53,810 nucleotides of DNA from a virus (taxonomy: Duplodnaviria > Caudoviricetes). The notes beneath the pieces are model-generated. The model saw only the letters and a program-made list of their open reading frames with translations, had not been told where the DNA came from and made no database searches. A program made the translations under genes and the position numbers. Positions 9,500 through 18,980 of this stretch are shown piece by piece (the stretch's first letter is position 1; every line of letters starts with the position of its first letter). The stretch is taken from positions 1 through 53,810 of the IMG/VR virus record IMGVR_UViG_3300045284_000262, one strand, 5' to 3'.

Positions 9500-10507
9500 A
9501 TGCCAGCAGTACAATCAGCATTTGGGCCAATCGTTGAACCCGGTTGGCCAGACCTTAAAGGCCCGGACATGGGCGCAAAGTTACTCAGTGGTGCTTACAT
9601 CTGGGGGAATATCGCTGCCAAGAAGCAGGAACTAATAGGCAAGATGGCCCAGTATGCTCTTAAGATGCAGGCCATGGAGCAGGACTCCGCCCTGAATGAA
9701 AAGAAGTATCAACTGGCTGTTGACCGGTTGCAGTCCAATAATGAGCACAAGGATCAGCTGCTCGATATTCAGCGGCAAACGGCTGATGCGCGTGATGCCC
9801 GGGTTCAGCTTGCCTTTGACACGTTCGATAGGAAGGCTGCGGGCGATAAAGCAATGTTCGATGCTGCTAGTAATGTATTGGCAACAGTTCCCAAGGACAG
9901 TAAGGAATTTCCAAACGCATTTGTCCAGGCTGTGACAAATAACTCCCGGGATGCTGACCCTTCCAAGGCCCGCATGTTGATACAGACTAACGTCAACGAT
10001 TACAACATCAACGCCAACCGGCAAAATACGGCGATTGACCACCAGGTAAAAACACTCAAGGAGGAAATTGGCTCAAAAATATATGGCGACACAACACTGG
10101 GGCATTTGACTGATCCACTTGAACATCCTGAGTTGTATCCGGAAGAAACAACCGGGGGAGAAACCATGTTTGGCAACATTAAAAAATGGGCTACCGGACA
10201 ACCATACGGCGAGGGTGGCGAGAAACCGAAACCAACCGGTTATAGGACTGGGTCAGTTACGCTTCCCACGGGTGAGCAAAAACCGATTAGATTCAAGGCC
10301 ACAGATTTAACTGATCTGGCAAAACGCTGGAAAGCGGCACAGAAGGCCGAGGCCGATAGACTTCCAACTACCGACATTCCCCAATACGGTGTTTACGCAA
10401 AGCCAGCTAATACTGCCAGGGAACGGGCACAGAGGATTTTAGACGATCCTGATTCACCCCCGGATAAACGTACAGCTGCCCAATTCTGGCTAGAACAGAA
10501 TCCCTGA
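9500..10507 (+). CDS. Putative internal virion protein (coiled coil)
   Basis: Helical, Q/K/A-rich; second gene of the ejection-protein series. Confidence 0.5.
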   Translation: MPAVQSAFGPIVEPGWPDLKGPDMGAKLLSGAYIWGNIAAKKQELIGKMAQYALKMQAMEQDSALNEKKYQLAVDRLQSNNEHKDQLLDIQRQTADARDARVQLAFDTFDRKAAGDKAMFDAASNVLATVPKDSKEFPNAFVQAVTNNSRDADPSKARMLIQTNVNDYNINANRQNTAIDHQVKTLKEEIGSKIYGDTTLGHLTDPLEHPELYPEETTGGETMFGNIKKWATGQPYGEGGEKPKPTGYRTGSVTLPTGEQKPIRFKATDLTDLAKRWKAAQKAEADRLPTTDIPQYGVYAKPANTARERAQRILDDPDSPPDKRTAAQFWLEQNP

Positions 10508-10508
10508 C

Positions 10509-13500
10509 ATGGCTGATCCCGATCCAGATCAGGACATTCTTGATTTTTATAATCAGCGTAAGGGATCACCGTCTCCTGGTGGGTCGCCTGCGGCCACGAT
10601 GACCCCTGACCCGGATCAGGACATCCTTGATTTTTACAACAAGAGCCACAGCCCTACGCCTACCGCTACCGCTTCTCCTTCTCATTCCGGGACTCCTTAC
10701 ACTGACAAGGCGGTTCAAGATCAATCCACTACTCTTTCCCAGCAGGGAAAGCCAGGAGCGATTGCAGCCATTGGCGGTGCTGCGGTCAGAGGTTTCCTGC
10801 CAGGAAGGGCAATGCTGGCAGCTTATCCCTGGGGTAGCATTGCAGGGGCAGCAGCAGTAGGAGCAGCCCGTGGTGCATTGGTTGGAGCAGCTGTGCCAGT
10901 AGCTGGAGAAACCGGCATCAGTGAAGCAATCGGTGGAGTCTTTGGTGGATTGATTGCTGGTGCGGCTGCCGCATGGGGAGTGTCAAAACTTCAAACCGCA
11001 GCGGCTGATGTGATTTCCCCCGGGGGAGCATTTTCCTCCAAGACAGAGCAGGCCCAGACGGAGGCACATCCTTACGCATCAATCGTGGGTGGCGGGCTTT
11101 CCTTCGGGAAGCCAAACCCAATGAATGTTGTCAGGGCAGGTAAGACCCTGGCCAGCGCGGAAGGCCGGGCAGCCCTGGTCGCGTTCACCAAGACAGGCGG
11201 CAAGGGGATGGCTCCTCAAGCCGTGGATGAAATAGGGAACGTCATCAATGTGTCCATGGCTGGAGGTTTGAACTCGGCTTTCAACGTCAAAGACCAGATT
11301 GAGTCCGGTAAGTTTGATCCAACTCAGCTGGCCGTGGCCGCAGCCACGGGGTTAATTTTCAGTGAGCCATGGTTTCATAAGCCGAACCCGGCGGCAGCTG
11401 CGGCGGCCAAGACATTGGCCAGCGGTGGCGCGCCTCCTGCGGCTGGGCCAGCAGCTCCTGCCGGGCCTGCACCACCCAGTCCTCCAGTCGCTCCAGGGAT
11501 GGTTCCTCCGCCCACACCAGTAATCCCGGGGTTACTTCCTTTTGAGACTAATCCACCGATTCATCCCGCGTCCGAAATTGCGCGCGCGCCAGCAGCACCT
11601 TTACCAGAAGCACCAATACCAAAACCAGGAACAGAAGGAGGAATCACAAATGCCACTCAAGAAGGGCCAGTCGCAGAAAGTAGTGTCGAGCAACATCCGG
11701 GAGTTTCATCTGGGCAAAACGTACCAGAAAACGTTACAGACAAAGGGCCGGTCGGTAGCGAACCAGCAGGCAATCGCGGTCGCGCTGGCGAAGCGGCGAC
11801 AGAGCCGGTAGCGGAAAGTCCGTACTACATCAAGGAAGATGCCCTGGGGTTCGGAGTCATCGACCGGGAAGCGAACAAGATTGTCTCGGTCAAAGCCACT
11901 GAGGAAGAAGCCAGGGCCAAGATGGCCGAGCTGGAAGCTGCACGGCAGCCAGCTGAACCGGTGATAGAGCACGACTCGGGGCTGAAGTCCGAATACAGCA
12001 CCGAGAATGCCTCAGTCAAAGTGTCCAAGAACGGATACATCAGGGACTTGTTCGTTAAGCCAGAGGCGCGCAGGCAGGGCGAAGGAACAGCCCTGATGGA
12101 GCAGGTGTTTGCCGACGCTGACAAGTCCGGGATACCACTCACCCTGCATGTCGGGGAACAGAGAACCGATCTTCCTGGCTTTTATGAAAAGCTGGGATTC
12201 AGGGTGGATGGCAAAGACCAGTTCGGAACCAGGTATGTGCGTGATCCGGTAAAGGAACCGACAACCCCGGAAACCCCATTCTCTATTAAGGAGGATCACG
12301 GCGTATACAAGGTGGTAGACAGTCGTAAGCCTGACGCCCTGACCATTCCGTTCAGCACCGAGGAAGCAGCCCAGAAGCGTAAGGCAGCCCTGGACAAGAC
12401 GTTTCTGGCGCAGGTTGCCAAAGCCACAGCCGAGAAGGGGTCAGACGAAACAGCCAAGGAGCTGCTCAAGATGCAGCGGGAGTATGAGGCGTCCTTACTG
12501 GAGGAAGCCCAGGGCCACCAGGCCAAGGGCGGAGATGAGCTGCTTGATGTCGTGTCCGAGCATGGCGTTCCCCTGAATGATCCTAATTACTCCGGGGAAC
12601 TTAGGAACCTCAAGGAGCACTTCGCGCCGAAGAACAAATACGGCCAGGAGAAGCACCGGCCCCTGGCCAGCGGTAGCGGGGAGAAGCTCTATTTCGGAGA
12701 AGTGTTCAAGGCCAAGGCGCAGGGCAACATGGACAGCCTGACCCAGCTCCTGAAGAACAGAGGTTTCGATGTCGAAACCCCGGATGACGCTATCAACCTG
12801 ATTGATGAGCGGCTGCGGAGCGGAAATAAAGTTTACGGGGACGAAGGGCGCGCGCATGAGCTGGAACGCCAATCGTTCGGGGATTACCAGGAGCCAATGC
12901 GAGCAGCTCCAGGAGGAGGTGAAGCAAAGGGCGGTCTTACCCAGGATGAATTTAGCCGAATGGTTCAGTTGCAGACCAAGCTCAGTAAAAAAATAATGGG
13001 CATTGGGGATATAGGAAAGGATGAATTGTCCGAACTGTATCGGCTCAAAGACAAGCAGGAAGGCGTCATTGAAGGAGATTTTGTTAAACAATCCGATGAT
13101 GAAAAATGGTCGCCGCAAAAGTCCTGGCTGCCCGGGCGCAAGAAAAGTCCTGACCAGCTGGACAAGGACATTGCCATTGCCGCAAAGAAGGAGGAAGACC
13201 TCTCGCTTCCCAAGTCTGAACCCGGAACGGACATTGTAGGAACCAGCCAGGACGCGGAGCAGGTAGATCGTTTGATAGGCGAGAAGGCTTACAGTAATTC
13301 AATCGTAAACGTCATCATCAAGGAGCTGCTTCAGAACGGTTTTGATGCGGTGCGCGAAGGTGGTGTAAGCAAGGCAAAGCCCGGCCAGATAAGCATTGAT
13401 TACGATTACGATACTCGCACCATCACCGTCAGAGATGATGGAGTGGGCATGTCTCCTGAAACTATTGTGACTGCCTTCCTGCGAACCGGTGGCACAAAGA

Positions 13501-16500
13501 AAAGCGGTGACCACCAGAATACATCCGGTGGGTTGGGCGTGGCGAAGCTGGCATTCATCAAGGGTTCAAAACGAATCAAGCTGGTAACAGTCAAGGATGG
13601 CCTGAAAACCGTGATGGACGTAAGCCGGGAGCAGGTAAAGGCCAACCAGATTCCATTGGTTAAGACCTACACCAATGAGCCTAATGGAAGCACGGTCACC
13701 GTGGAAATCCCCAAAGACTACATCAACAGCAAGGGTGAAACCATTCCCGTTCATTTCGATACCGATCCCGAGTTCCTGAAGAACCCTCTTTTTGGTGATG
13801 TGGAAGTAAAAGTGAACGGGGTTCCAAACCACATGGGGATTCACAGCACGGGCTGGGTGAAGGATAACGTATTCAATTTCGACTGGGGCCATGCCAATGT
13901 CTACGTCGATCCCAGCCCGCTAAAGAAATACACGTATACAGAGGGCACATATCCTCCCGTGTACAGGGTAATGTCGGCTGGATTGCATCAGTTTGAAGTT
14001 CCCTGGCAGCACATCTTCGACAAGGCGGAACAGCGGATACCCCACAACATGGTGATTGATGTCAGGCCGCATGTTGACACCAAAGACCCTCAGTATCCTT
14101 TCGATAACCAGAGGGAAGGATGGCGCGGCTCGGTAAAGGCTGACGCCACTGCCATGTATTCCTACCTGAAAAGGCAGGGGCTGGAGCAAGACCTGAAGAA
14201 GTCCCAGGAACAGTTCAAGGAACTACAGGTAATGACCCATATCCCGATTGAGGACATGGGTAAAACCTTTACCGCTGACCAGCTTTATCAGGGCGATGCC
14301 ACCCAGGGAGCAGCAGGAAGGGTTACGCTGCCAAAGATTCAAAGTGTAGATGTTAAGCGTGACAAGGTGGTTACCACTTATGCCGGTGGCAAGAAAGAGG
14401 TTCAATCACATGAGCAGTTTAACAAACCATCGTTCAGTGCCGAAAGAGAAATTGATTTTGAAAAGACAAAGCTGGATACCAGTCACCTAGACCCGAAGAA
14501 TCCTCTATATCACAACAATACCAACGTTGATTTCGAGAAGATAAAGGGTGCTCCCGAACTGCACGCCAAACTTGGCAGCATGCTTATCCAGTTCATGCGC
14601 GCATTCGGTGCCAAATTCGGGGCAGACCCAACAGCACGGCCTGAGTATGCTCAACTCACCAATACCACACCTGGCAAAGCATGGCTTGGTGGTATTTCAT
14701 ACGATGCGAAGTATGCCGGATACAATATAACCAACCCATTCAGGTCGCTCTGGGCTAATCCTGCCGGAATTTCTGACGGTGGGATGAGTAGTCCCAGAAG
14801 GGCAGCGTTTGAAATGCTGCATATATTCCTCCATGAGATTACCCATGTTCCGGAACGTAACGAAGGGGGTGGATTTACCAGGGAAGAAATCAACAACATC
14901 GGAAGGATGGCTGATTTTCCGGAGCAACAAAAGTTTTTACAGACGATGGAGCAGGTGTTAAGTCAACATTGGGACACATTACATGAAATCAGAGATAAGT
15001 ACTTCGCTAAAAGTACAGCAAACCGTTCCGAAGGTTTCAAAACTGGCTCGCAACTTGAGCCAGAATCCAAAGGAGGTAAAGGAACTGACAAAGGTGTTCC
15101 TTCAGAGCATGCACAGGAAGCTGTCAGCGATAAAGACCCCGGACAAACCGGCCCTGGACGAGCTGGAGAAACAAATCCAAAATCTGGGCAGCTCGGAACA
15201 ATCCTCGAGGCTGCGAAATCCGGAGAGAAGTCCGGAGCTGAACCCGCCCACCCCGAAGTCGCTGCTACCCCACCCGAGCCTCAAGGAAGGTCTGCCGCCG
15301 CCCCCGTTTCTGAAGGGGTCGGTGGACGAGGTGGCTTAGCCGAGCCTCTTTCTCATCCCTCAGGGGAGCCGATCACATTTTATCACGGGCAGGGACAGCG
15401 CGGGCTGGGCACTGGTGACCTTAAACCTCCTGTTTATTTTACCCCGGACAAAGAGTTCGCCAGGGGCTACGAGGAGCAGAACGGCATCTTCAGGGAACCC
15501 AGCGAGCACAGCTTGCACCTCAAGAATCCCAAGGTCATCCAGATAACCGAGGAGCAAGTGCGTTCAGGTGCCCATGAAATGGGAGCCTCGGAAAGCAGCT
15601 ACATCAATCAAGCCAGGATGCGTCAGTATCAGAAGCAGGGATACGACGGTGTTATTTCAAAGCTGCCAGACGGAAAGATTTATGAAGCTGCTGTCTTTGA
15701 CCAGGGTGCAATCCGAAGGAACAAATGGAGCGAGCAACAGGTGTCGGCAGAACTGGAGAGGCAGTTCCAATACCATCGCGGGTCACCAAAATACGACCAG
15801 GAAAGACACAGGACGGATTACGAAAATCTGGTCAAGGAATCGGGTTGGACAAAGAACGAAATCTCAGCGTTGTCCGACAAGGAGTTTGACCAGGGAGTTA
15901 AAGCGGTCAGGGGTGACACCGCTGGAGTCAGTGGCATCAAGGACACCCTGGCAGGGATCAAGGAAGCGGCAGCGCAGCCTCCGGAAACCCCAGAGCAGCG
16001 CGAGTTCGCACCGCGACCGGTAGAGACGGGCGATTATGAACCAAGGCCGCCTACCGCCAATGAGGCTGCTGGCCCGGGGTTGCGCGACCTGTCCGACCAG
16101 CAGATGTCCCAGGTCATCTCCAACTCGCTCCAGAAATTCCATGACGAAGGGATAACAGAGTCCGTTGATTCCTCCGGTGGCATGTCGCATAACGACATCA
16201 TCGACGCTGGCCGGGAAGCCATCAGGCATGGCGTTGACCCAGAGGCCGTGGCTGCTTCTCGCGCAATCCCCAGCGAGCAGAAATACACCGTGGTAAAAGC
16301 GCACGCCGAGGATTTGCGGGAGGTTTCAGAGCACGCAGAGAACCTGGCCAAGACCCATCCCACCCAGGCGAACAAGGACGCAGCCGACAAAGCCTTTGCT
16401 GATTACTCCAACTGGGACACCAAGACCGTGAAGCCAATCAGGGATGCTGTTGACGCCGAGCACCCGGGCATGCCGCCTGAAGAATACAACCCGCGCAGCA

Positions 16501-16733
16501 TGACCGATCTGCGGCAGCAGATGATCCGGCAGAACGGGCATGACTTTACCACGGCGCAACGAAAGGATGCGGAACAACTCCTGAAGCAAATCCATAAGAC
16601 CGTGGAAGCGCGCAACAAAGAGCTGATGAAACGTGACGCCCAGCTGGCAAAGGAATCCCCGGAGCTGGTCAAGGAGATAAAAAATGGTGACGACTTGTTC
16701 AAATACATTGCCGAAATGGTAATCTGCCCCTGA
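10509..16733 (+). CDS. Giant polyvalent internal virion protein: GNAT + GHKL ATPase + HExxH zincin + ART-like domain
   Basis: GNAT (LFVKPEARRQGEGTALM..FYEKLGF, ~12033-12243); GHKL boxes (ELLQNGFDA, DDGVGM, GGLGVA, GSTV, ~13311-13715); HEITH at 14832; FYHG..VYFT..A.GY..GYDGV..EAAVFD (~15375-15717). Confidence 0.85.
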   Translation: MADPDPDQDILDFYNQRKGSPSPGGSPAATMTPDPDQDILDFYNKSHSPTPTATASPSHSGTPYTDKAVQDQSTTLSQQGKPGAIAAIGGAAVRGFLPGRAMLAAYPWGSIAGAAAVGAARGALVGAAVPVAGETGISEAIGGVFGGLIAGAAAAWGVSKLQTAAADVISPGGAFSSKTEQAQTEAHPYASIVGGGLSFGKPNPMNVVRAGKTLASAEGRAALVAFTKTGGKGMAPQAVDEIGNVINVSMAGGLNSAFNVKDQIESGKFDPTQLAVAAATGLIFSEPWFHKPNPAAAAAAKTLASGGAPPAAGPAAPAGPAPPSPPVAPGMVPPPTPVIPGLLPFETNPPIHPASEIARAPAAPLPEAPIPKPGTEGGITNATQEGPVAESSVEQHPGVSSGQNVPENVTDKGPVGSEPAGNRGRAGEAATEPVAESPYYIKEDALGFGVIDREANKIVSVKATEEEARAKMAELEAARQPAEPVIEHDSGLKSEYSTENASVKVSKNGYIRDLFVKPEARRQGEGTALMEQVFADADKSGIPLTLHVGEQRTDLPGFYEKLGFRVDGKDQFGTRYVRDPVKEPTTPETPFSIKEDHGVYKVVDSRKPDALTIPFSTEEAAQKRKAALDKTFLAQVAKATAEKGSDETAKELLKMQREYEASLLEEAQGHQAKGGDELLDVVSEHGVPLNDPNYSGELRNLKEHFAPKNKYGQEKHRPLASGSGEKLYFGEVFKAKAQGNMDSLTQLLKNRGFDVETPDDAINLIDERLRSGNKVYGDEGRAHELERQSFGDYQEPMRAAPGGGEAKGGLTQDEFSRMVQLQTKLSKKIMGIGDIGKDELSELYRLKDKQEGVIEGDFVKQSDDEKWSPQKSWLPGRKKSPDQLDKDIAIAAKKEEDLSLPKSEPGTDIVGTSQDAEQVDRLIGEKAYSNSIVNVIIKELLQNGFDAVREGGVSKAKPGQISIDYDYDTRTITVRDDGVGMSPETIVTAFLRTGGTKKSGDHQNTSGGLGVAKLAFIKGSKRIKLVTVKDGLKTVMDVSREQVKANQIPLVKTYTNEPNGSTVTVEIPKDYINSKGETIPVHFDTDPEFLKNPLFGDVEVKVNGVPNHMGIHSTGWVKDNVFNFDWGHANVYVDPSPLKKYTYTEGTYPPVYRVMSAGLHQFEVPWQHIFDKAEQRIPHNMVIDVRPHVDTKDPQYPFDNQREGWRGSVKADATAMYSYLKRQGLEQDLKKSQEQFKELQVMTHIPIEDMGKTFTADQLYQGDATQGAAGRVTLPKIQSVDVKRDKVVTTYAGGKKEVQSHEQFNKPSFSAEREIDFEKTKLDTSHLDPKNPLYHNNTNVDFEKIKGAPELHAKLGSMLIQFMRAFGAKFGADPTARPEYAQLTNTTPGKAWLGGISYDAKYAGYNITNPFRSLWANPAGISDGGMSSPRRAAFEMLHIFLHEITHVPERNEGGGFTREEINNIGRMADFPEQQKFLQTMEQVLSQHWDTLHEIRDKYFAKSTANRSEGFKTGSQLEPESKGGKGTDKGVPSEHAQEAVSDKDPGQTGPGRAGETNPKSGQLGTILEAAKSGEKSGAEPAHPEVAATPPEPQGRSAAAPVSEGVGGRGGLAEPLSHPSGEPITFYHGQGQRGLGTGDLKPPVYFTPDKEFARGYEEQNGIFREPSEHSLHLKNPKVIQITEEQVRSGAHEMGASESSYINQARMRQYQKQGYDGVISKLPDGKIYEAAVFDQGAIRRNKWSEQQVSAELERQFQYHRGSPKYDQERHRTDYENLVKESGWTKNEISALSDKEFDQGVKAVRGDTAGVSGIKDTLAGIKEAAAQPPETPEQREFAPRPVETGDYEPRPPTANEAAGPGLRDLSDQQMSQVISNSLQKFHDEGITESVDSSGGMSHNDIIDAGREAIRHGVDPEAVAASRAIPSEQKYTVVKAHAEDLREVSEHAENLAKTHPTQANKDAADKAFADYSNWDTKTVKPIRDAVDAEHPGMPPEEYNPRSMTDLRQQMIRQNGHDFTTAQRKDAEQLLKQIHKTVEARNKELMKRDAQLAKESPELVKEIKNGDDLFKYIAEMVICP
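11650..11811 (+). CDS. Nested 53-aa basic protein (MPLKKG...SNI.E...QAIAVAL type) in the +1 frame of the giant gene
   Basis: AAGGAGG 7 nt upstream of ATG 11650; sequence resembles a recurrent small phage protein type (from memory, not searched). Confidence 0.6.
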   Translation: MPLKKGQSQKVVSSNIREFHLGKTYQKTLQTKGRSVANQQAIAVALAKRRQSR

Positions 16734-16734
16734 T

Positions 16735-18387
16735 ATGCCTGCCCCAAAACTACCCTGCATTGATTACAAAGCCCTGACTGCCGGGAAGGACAAGGACTTT
16801 GACCTGGATGCCAAGAAAATCCGGCCCATCTGGGAGTACGCCAAGAAACGCTACCTTGAGAATGGTGTTTCCCTTGAGGACACCATCAATGCCCTGGCCA
16901 GGGAGACAGGTGCTCCTCCCCGGTTGTTCCAGGAGGTCATCGTTGGCCGGAAATCAGGCCCGAGAATCAAGACCAAGGAAATCTTTGCCAAGGAAGATGC
17001 CCGTCGCATGGCCATCCTTAAGACCCAGCAGATGATTGACCGCGCCGATAAAAGCCCTGTGTGGCGTTTCATTCGCGCAGTAGGTGAGATACCCCGGGCC
17101 TCACTGGTCGCGCTCCATGGAGGTGTGTTCCCGGTCACCCACGGTGGCGCGCTGCTTCTTAACCCATGGGAATGGCGCACGTTCTGGAGAGGCGCAAAGG
17201 TATCGTGGGCGACATTTGATCTGCCTGGGGGAACACGGGGTAAGGCGTATTACGAGCAGGCCAGGCTCGACCTCCAGAACGCGCACAACTATGCCGAATG
17301 GCGAAGTGCCGGTCTTCGCATTGGGGTAGAGGAAAGACCTTCAGGCATCCTGAACGAGTGGATCACCAAGAGTCCCAACTGGAGCAGCCGTTCCTGGCTG
17401 GGGCTTTCCAGGATGCGCTACGAGTTTGCGGAGCAAAGCCTGAAAAACTTCAAGTGGAAGACGGACGCCGAACGCCAGGACATCATGAAGCACCTGGCTG
17501 AAGTGGCCAATCACGCCACCGGGGTGACCAATGTGGGTCTGGGCAGGTGGCTGGGACAGAGCAAGCTGTTCTTTGCGCCTCAACTTACCGCGTCCAAGAT
17601 ACTCCGGGCATCGCGTGACCCGCTCATTACCGTGGGGACAGCAGTGAAAATGATGAGCGGCGGCAAGGTGAGCGCAGGCGAGCGCGCTGCCATGATGGTT
17701 CGGCTGGGGCATGCTTCAGCCATGCTGGGAACCTGGGCTGCCGGGCTGATCCTGAACGACATTGTGATGCGCGCCTTCGGCTCCAGCCAGAAGATCAACT
17801 GGGACGACCCGCGCAAGAGCGACTGGCTGCGGTTCAAGACCGGGAAGGGCGACATCATTTCGACCCGTGGCCCGGAGGAAGTCCTTCGTTTGTATGGCCA
17901 ACTGGCTGCCATCGCGCACGCAAACAAGCGTCAGCTGCACGGGCACTCCGCCCTGGATGAAGCCATGGATTCAATTCAGCAGTTCATTGAATACAAGCTG
18001 TCCCCCGGGGTTACCACGGCAGTGGAGCTTGGTTACGGAACTGACATCTTCGGCAGGCCGCTCCCAAAAGGCATCCAGGAGCTACGTCATGCGGCAAGCC
18101 TCACAGGTTTACACCAGGCCAGTCCCAGGACAGGGAAACCCTATTACAGCGGCTGGGAATATACCGCTACGCACATTCCAATCTTTTTGTCCGGGCCAGC
18201 GCGTGATATTTATGATCGCATGCGCGCGCAGGGTCTAAGCCAGCCCAAGGCAGACATGATCCTTCATGCCGCAATCCTTACGGCAGCTGAGTTCGCAGGG
18301 TTCGGGTCGCACTACGAGCGGCCAGCACACATTGCACCAGCAAAGCGCGGCAAGACCCAGTTCCACGGAACAGTAACAGGTAACTAA
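16735..18387 (+). CDS. Large internal virion protein (C-terminal partner of the polyvalent protein)
   Basis: 550-aa basic helical ORF starting just after the giant gene; DPRKSDWLRFK and GTDIFGRP motifs resemble large polyvalent-protein C-termini. Confidence 0.55.
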   Translation: MPAPKLPCIDYKALTAGKDKDFDLDAKKIRPIWEYAKKRYLENGVSLEDTINALARETGAPPRLFQEVIVGRKSGPRIKTKEIFAKEDARRMAILKTQQMIDRADKSPVWRFIRAVGEIPRASLVALHGGVFPVTHGGALLLNPWEWRTFWRGAKVSWATFDLPGGTRGKAYYEQARLDLQNAHNYAEWRSAGLRIGVEERPSGILNEWITKSPNWSSRSWLGLSRMRYEFAEQSLKNFKWKTDAERQDIMKHLAEVANHATGVTNVGLGRWLGQSKLFFAPQLTASKILRASRDPLITVGTAVKMMSGGKVSAGERAAMMVRLGHASAMLGTWAAGLILNDIVMRAFGSSQKINWDDPRKSDWLRFKTGKGDIISTRGPEEVLRLYGQLAAIAHANKRQLHGHSALDEAMDSIQQFIEYKLSPGVTTAVELGYGTDIFGRPLPKGIQELRHAASLTGLHQASPRTGKPYYSGWEYTATHIPIFLSGPARDIYDRMRAQGLSQPKADMILHAAILTAAEFAGFGSHYERPAHIAPAKRGKTQFHGTVTGN

Positions 18388-18388
18388 T

Positions 18389-18955
18389 ATGACAAAGAAC
18401 ATAAAACTTAACCCCGGAGACGTCCTTGTTATCACCGTAGAGAAGGCGGCACCTCCTCCTACTACCATTGAAGACCTTGAAGTGCTGATGACCATCGGGT
18501 CGGTGGACATCCTGACCAACAGGGACAAAACCTATTGCAGCTTTGTGTCAAACCTGGACATCTGCAACGACGGAAGCGGCCCTGCTCATGGTGACAAGCA
18601 CCATCAGGCCATGACCGCCTACTGCTCCGGCGGCAAGACTGGCAGCAAATACATGAACGCTGATGTGGACAGGTATATTGTCGTGCCTCCTCAGATTCGC
18701 GCCAAGTTACCCGGGGTGGTAATGGGTTGCCGTGGCAGGGTGACCAACCTGAGAACGCAGGTGGAGGAGCATGGTGTGGTGGGAGACATCGGCCCTGACG
18801 ATAAGACCGGAGAGACAGCTTATGTGTTGGCCAAGAAGATCAACCCGAACATTGAGCACAACTCCGGGGATAGTAACAAAGACTATCTCTACGAGCTATG
18901 GCCTGACGTTCCCGGTACTGACGGGGACTTTACGTATAAACTTCAACCTGCGTAG
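18389..18955 (+). CDS. Glycoside hydrolase family 75 (chitosanase-like), putative lysin
   Basis: LDICNDGSG, MNADVDRYIVVP and VVGDIGP...GETAYVLA match the GH75 pattern; last gene of the structural block. Confidence 0.7.
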   Translation: MTKNIKLNPGDVLVITVEKAAPPPTTIEDLEVLMTIGSVDILTNRDKTYCSFVSNLDICNDGSGPAHGDKHHQAMTAYCSGGKTGSKYMNADVDRYIVVPPQIRAKLPGVVMGCRGRVTNLRTQVEEHGVVGDIGPDDKTGETAYVLAKKINPNIEHNSGDSNKDYLYELWPDVPGTDGDFTYKLQPA

Positions 18956-18980
18956 GATCGGCTTGTAGTCCCACTGGCCA

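Noticed and set aside
10509-16733. Tape measure protein, or host HtpG/gyrase
   Set aside because: Contains discrete enzyme domains; no tail tube genes; GHKL is embedded without Hsp90 or Toprim domains
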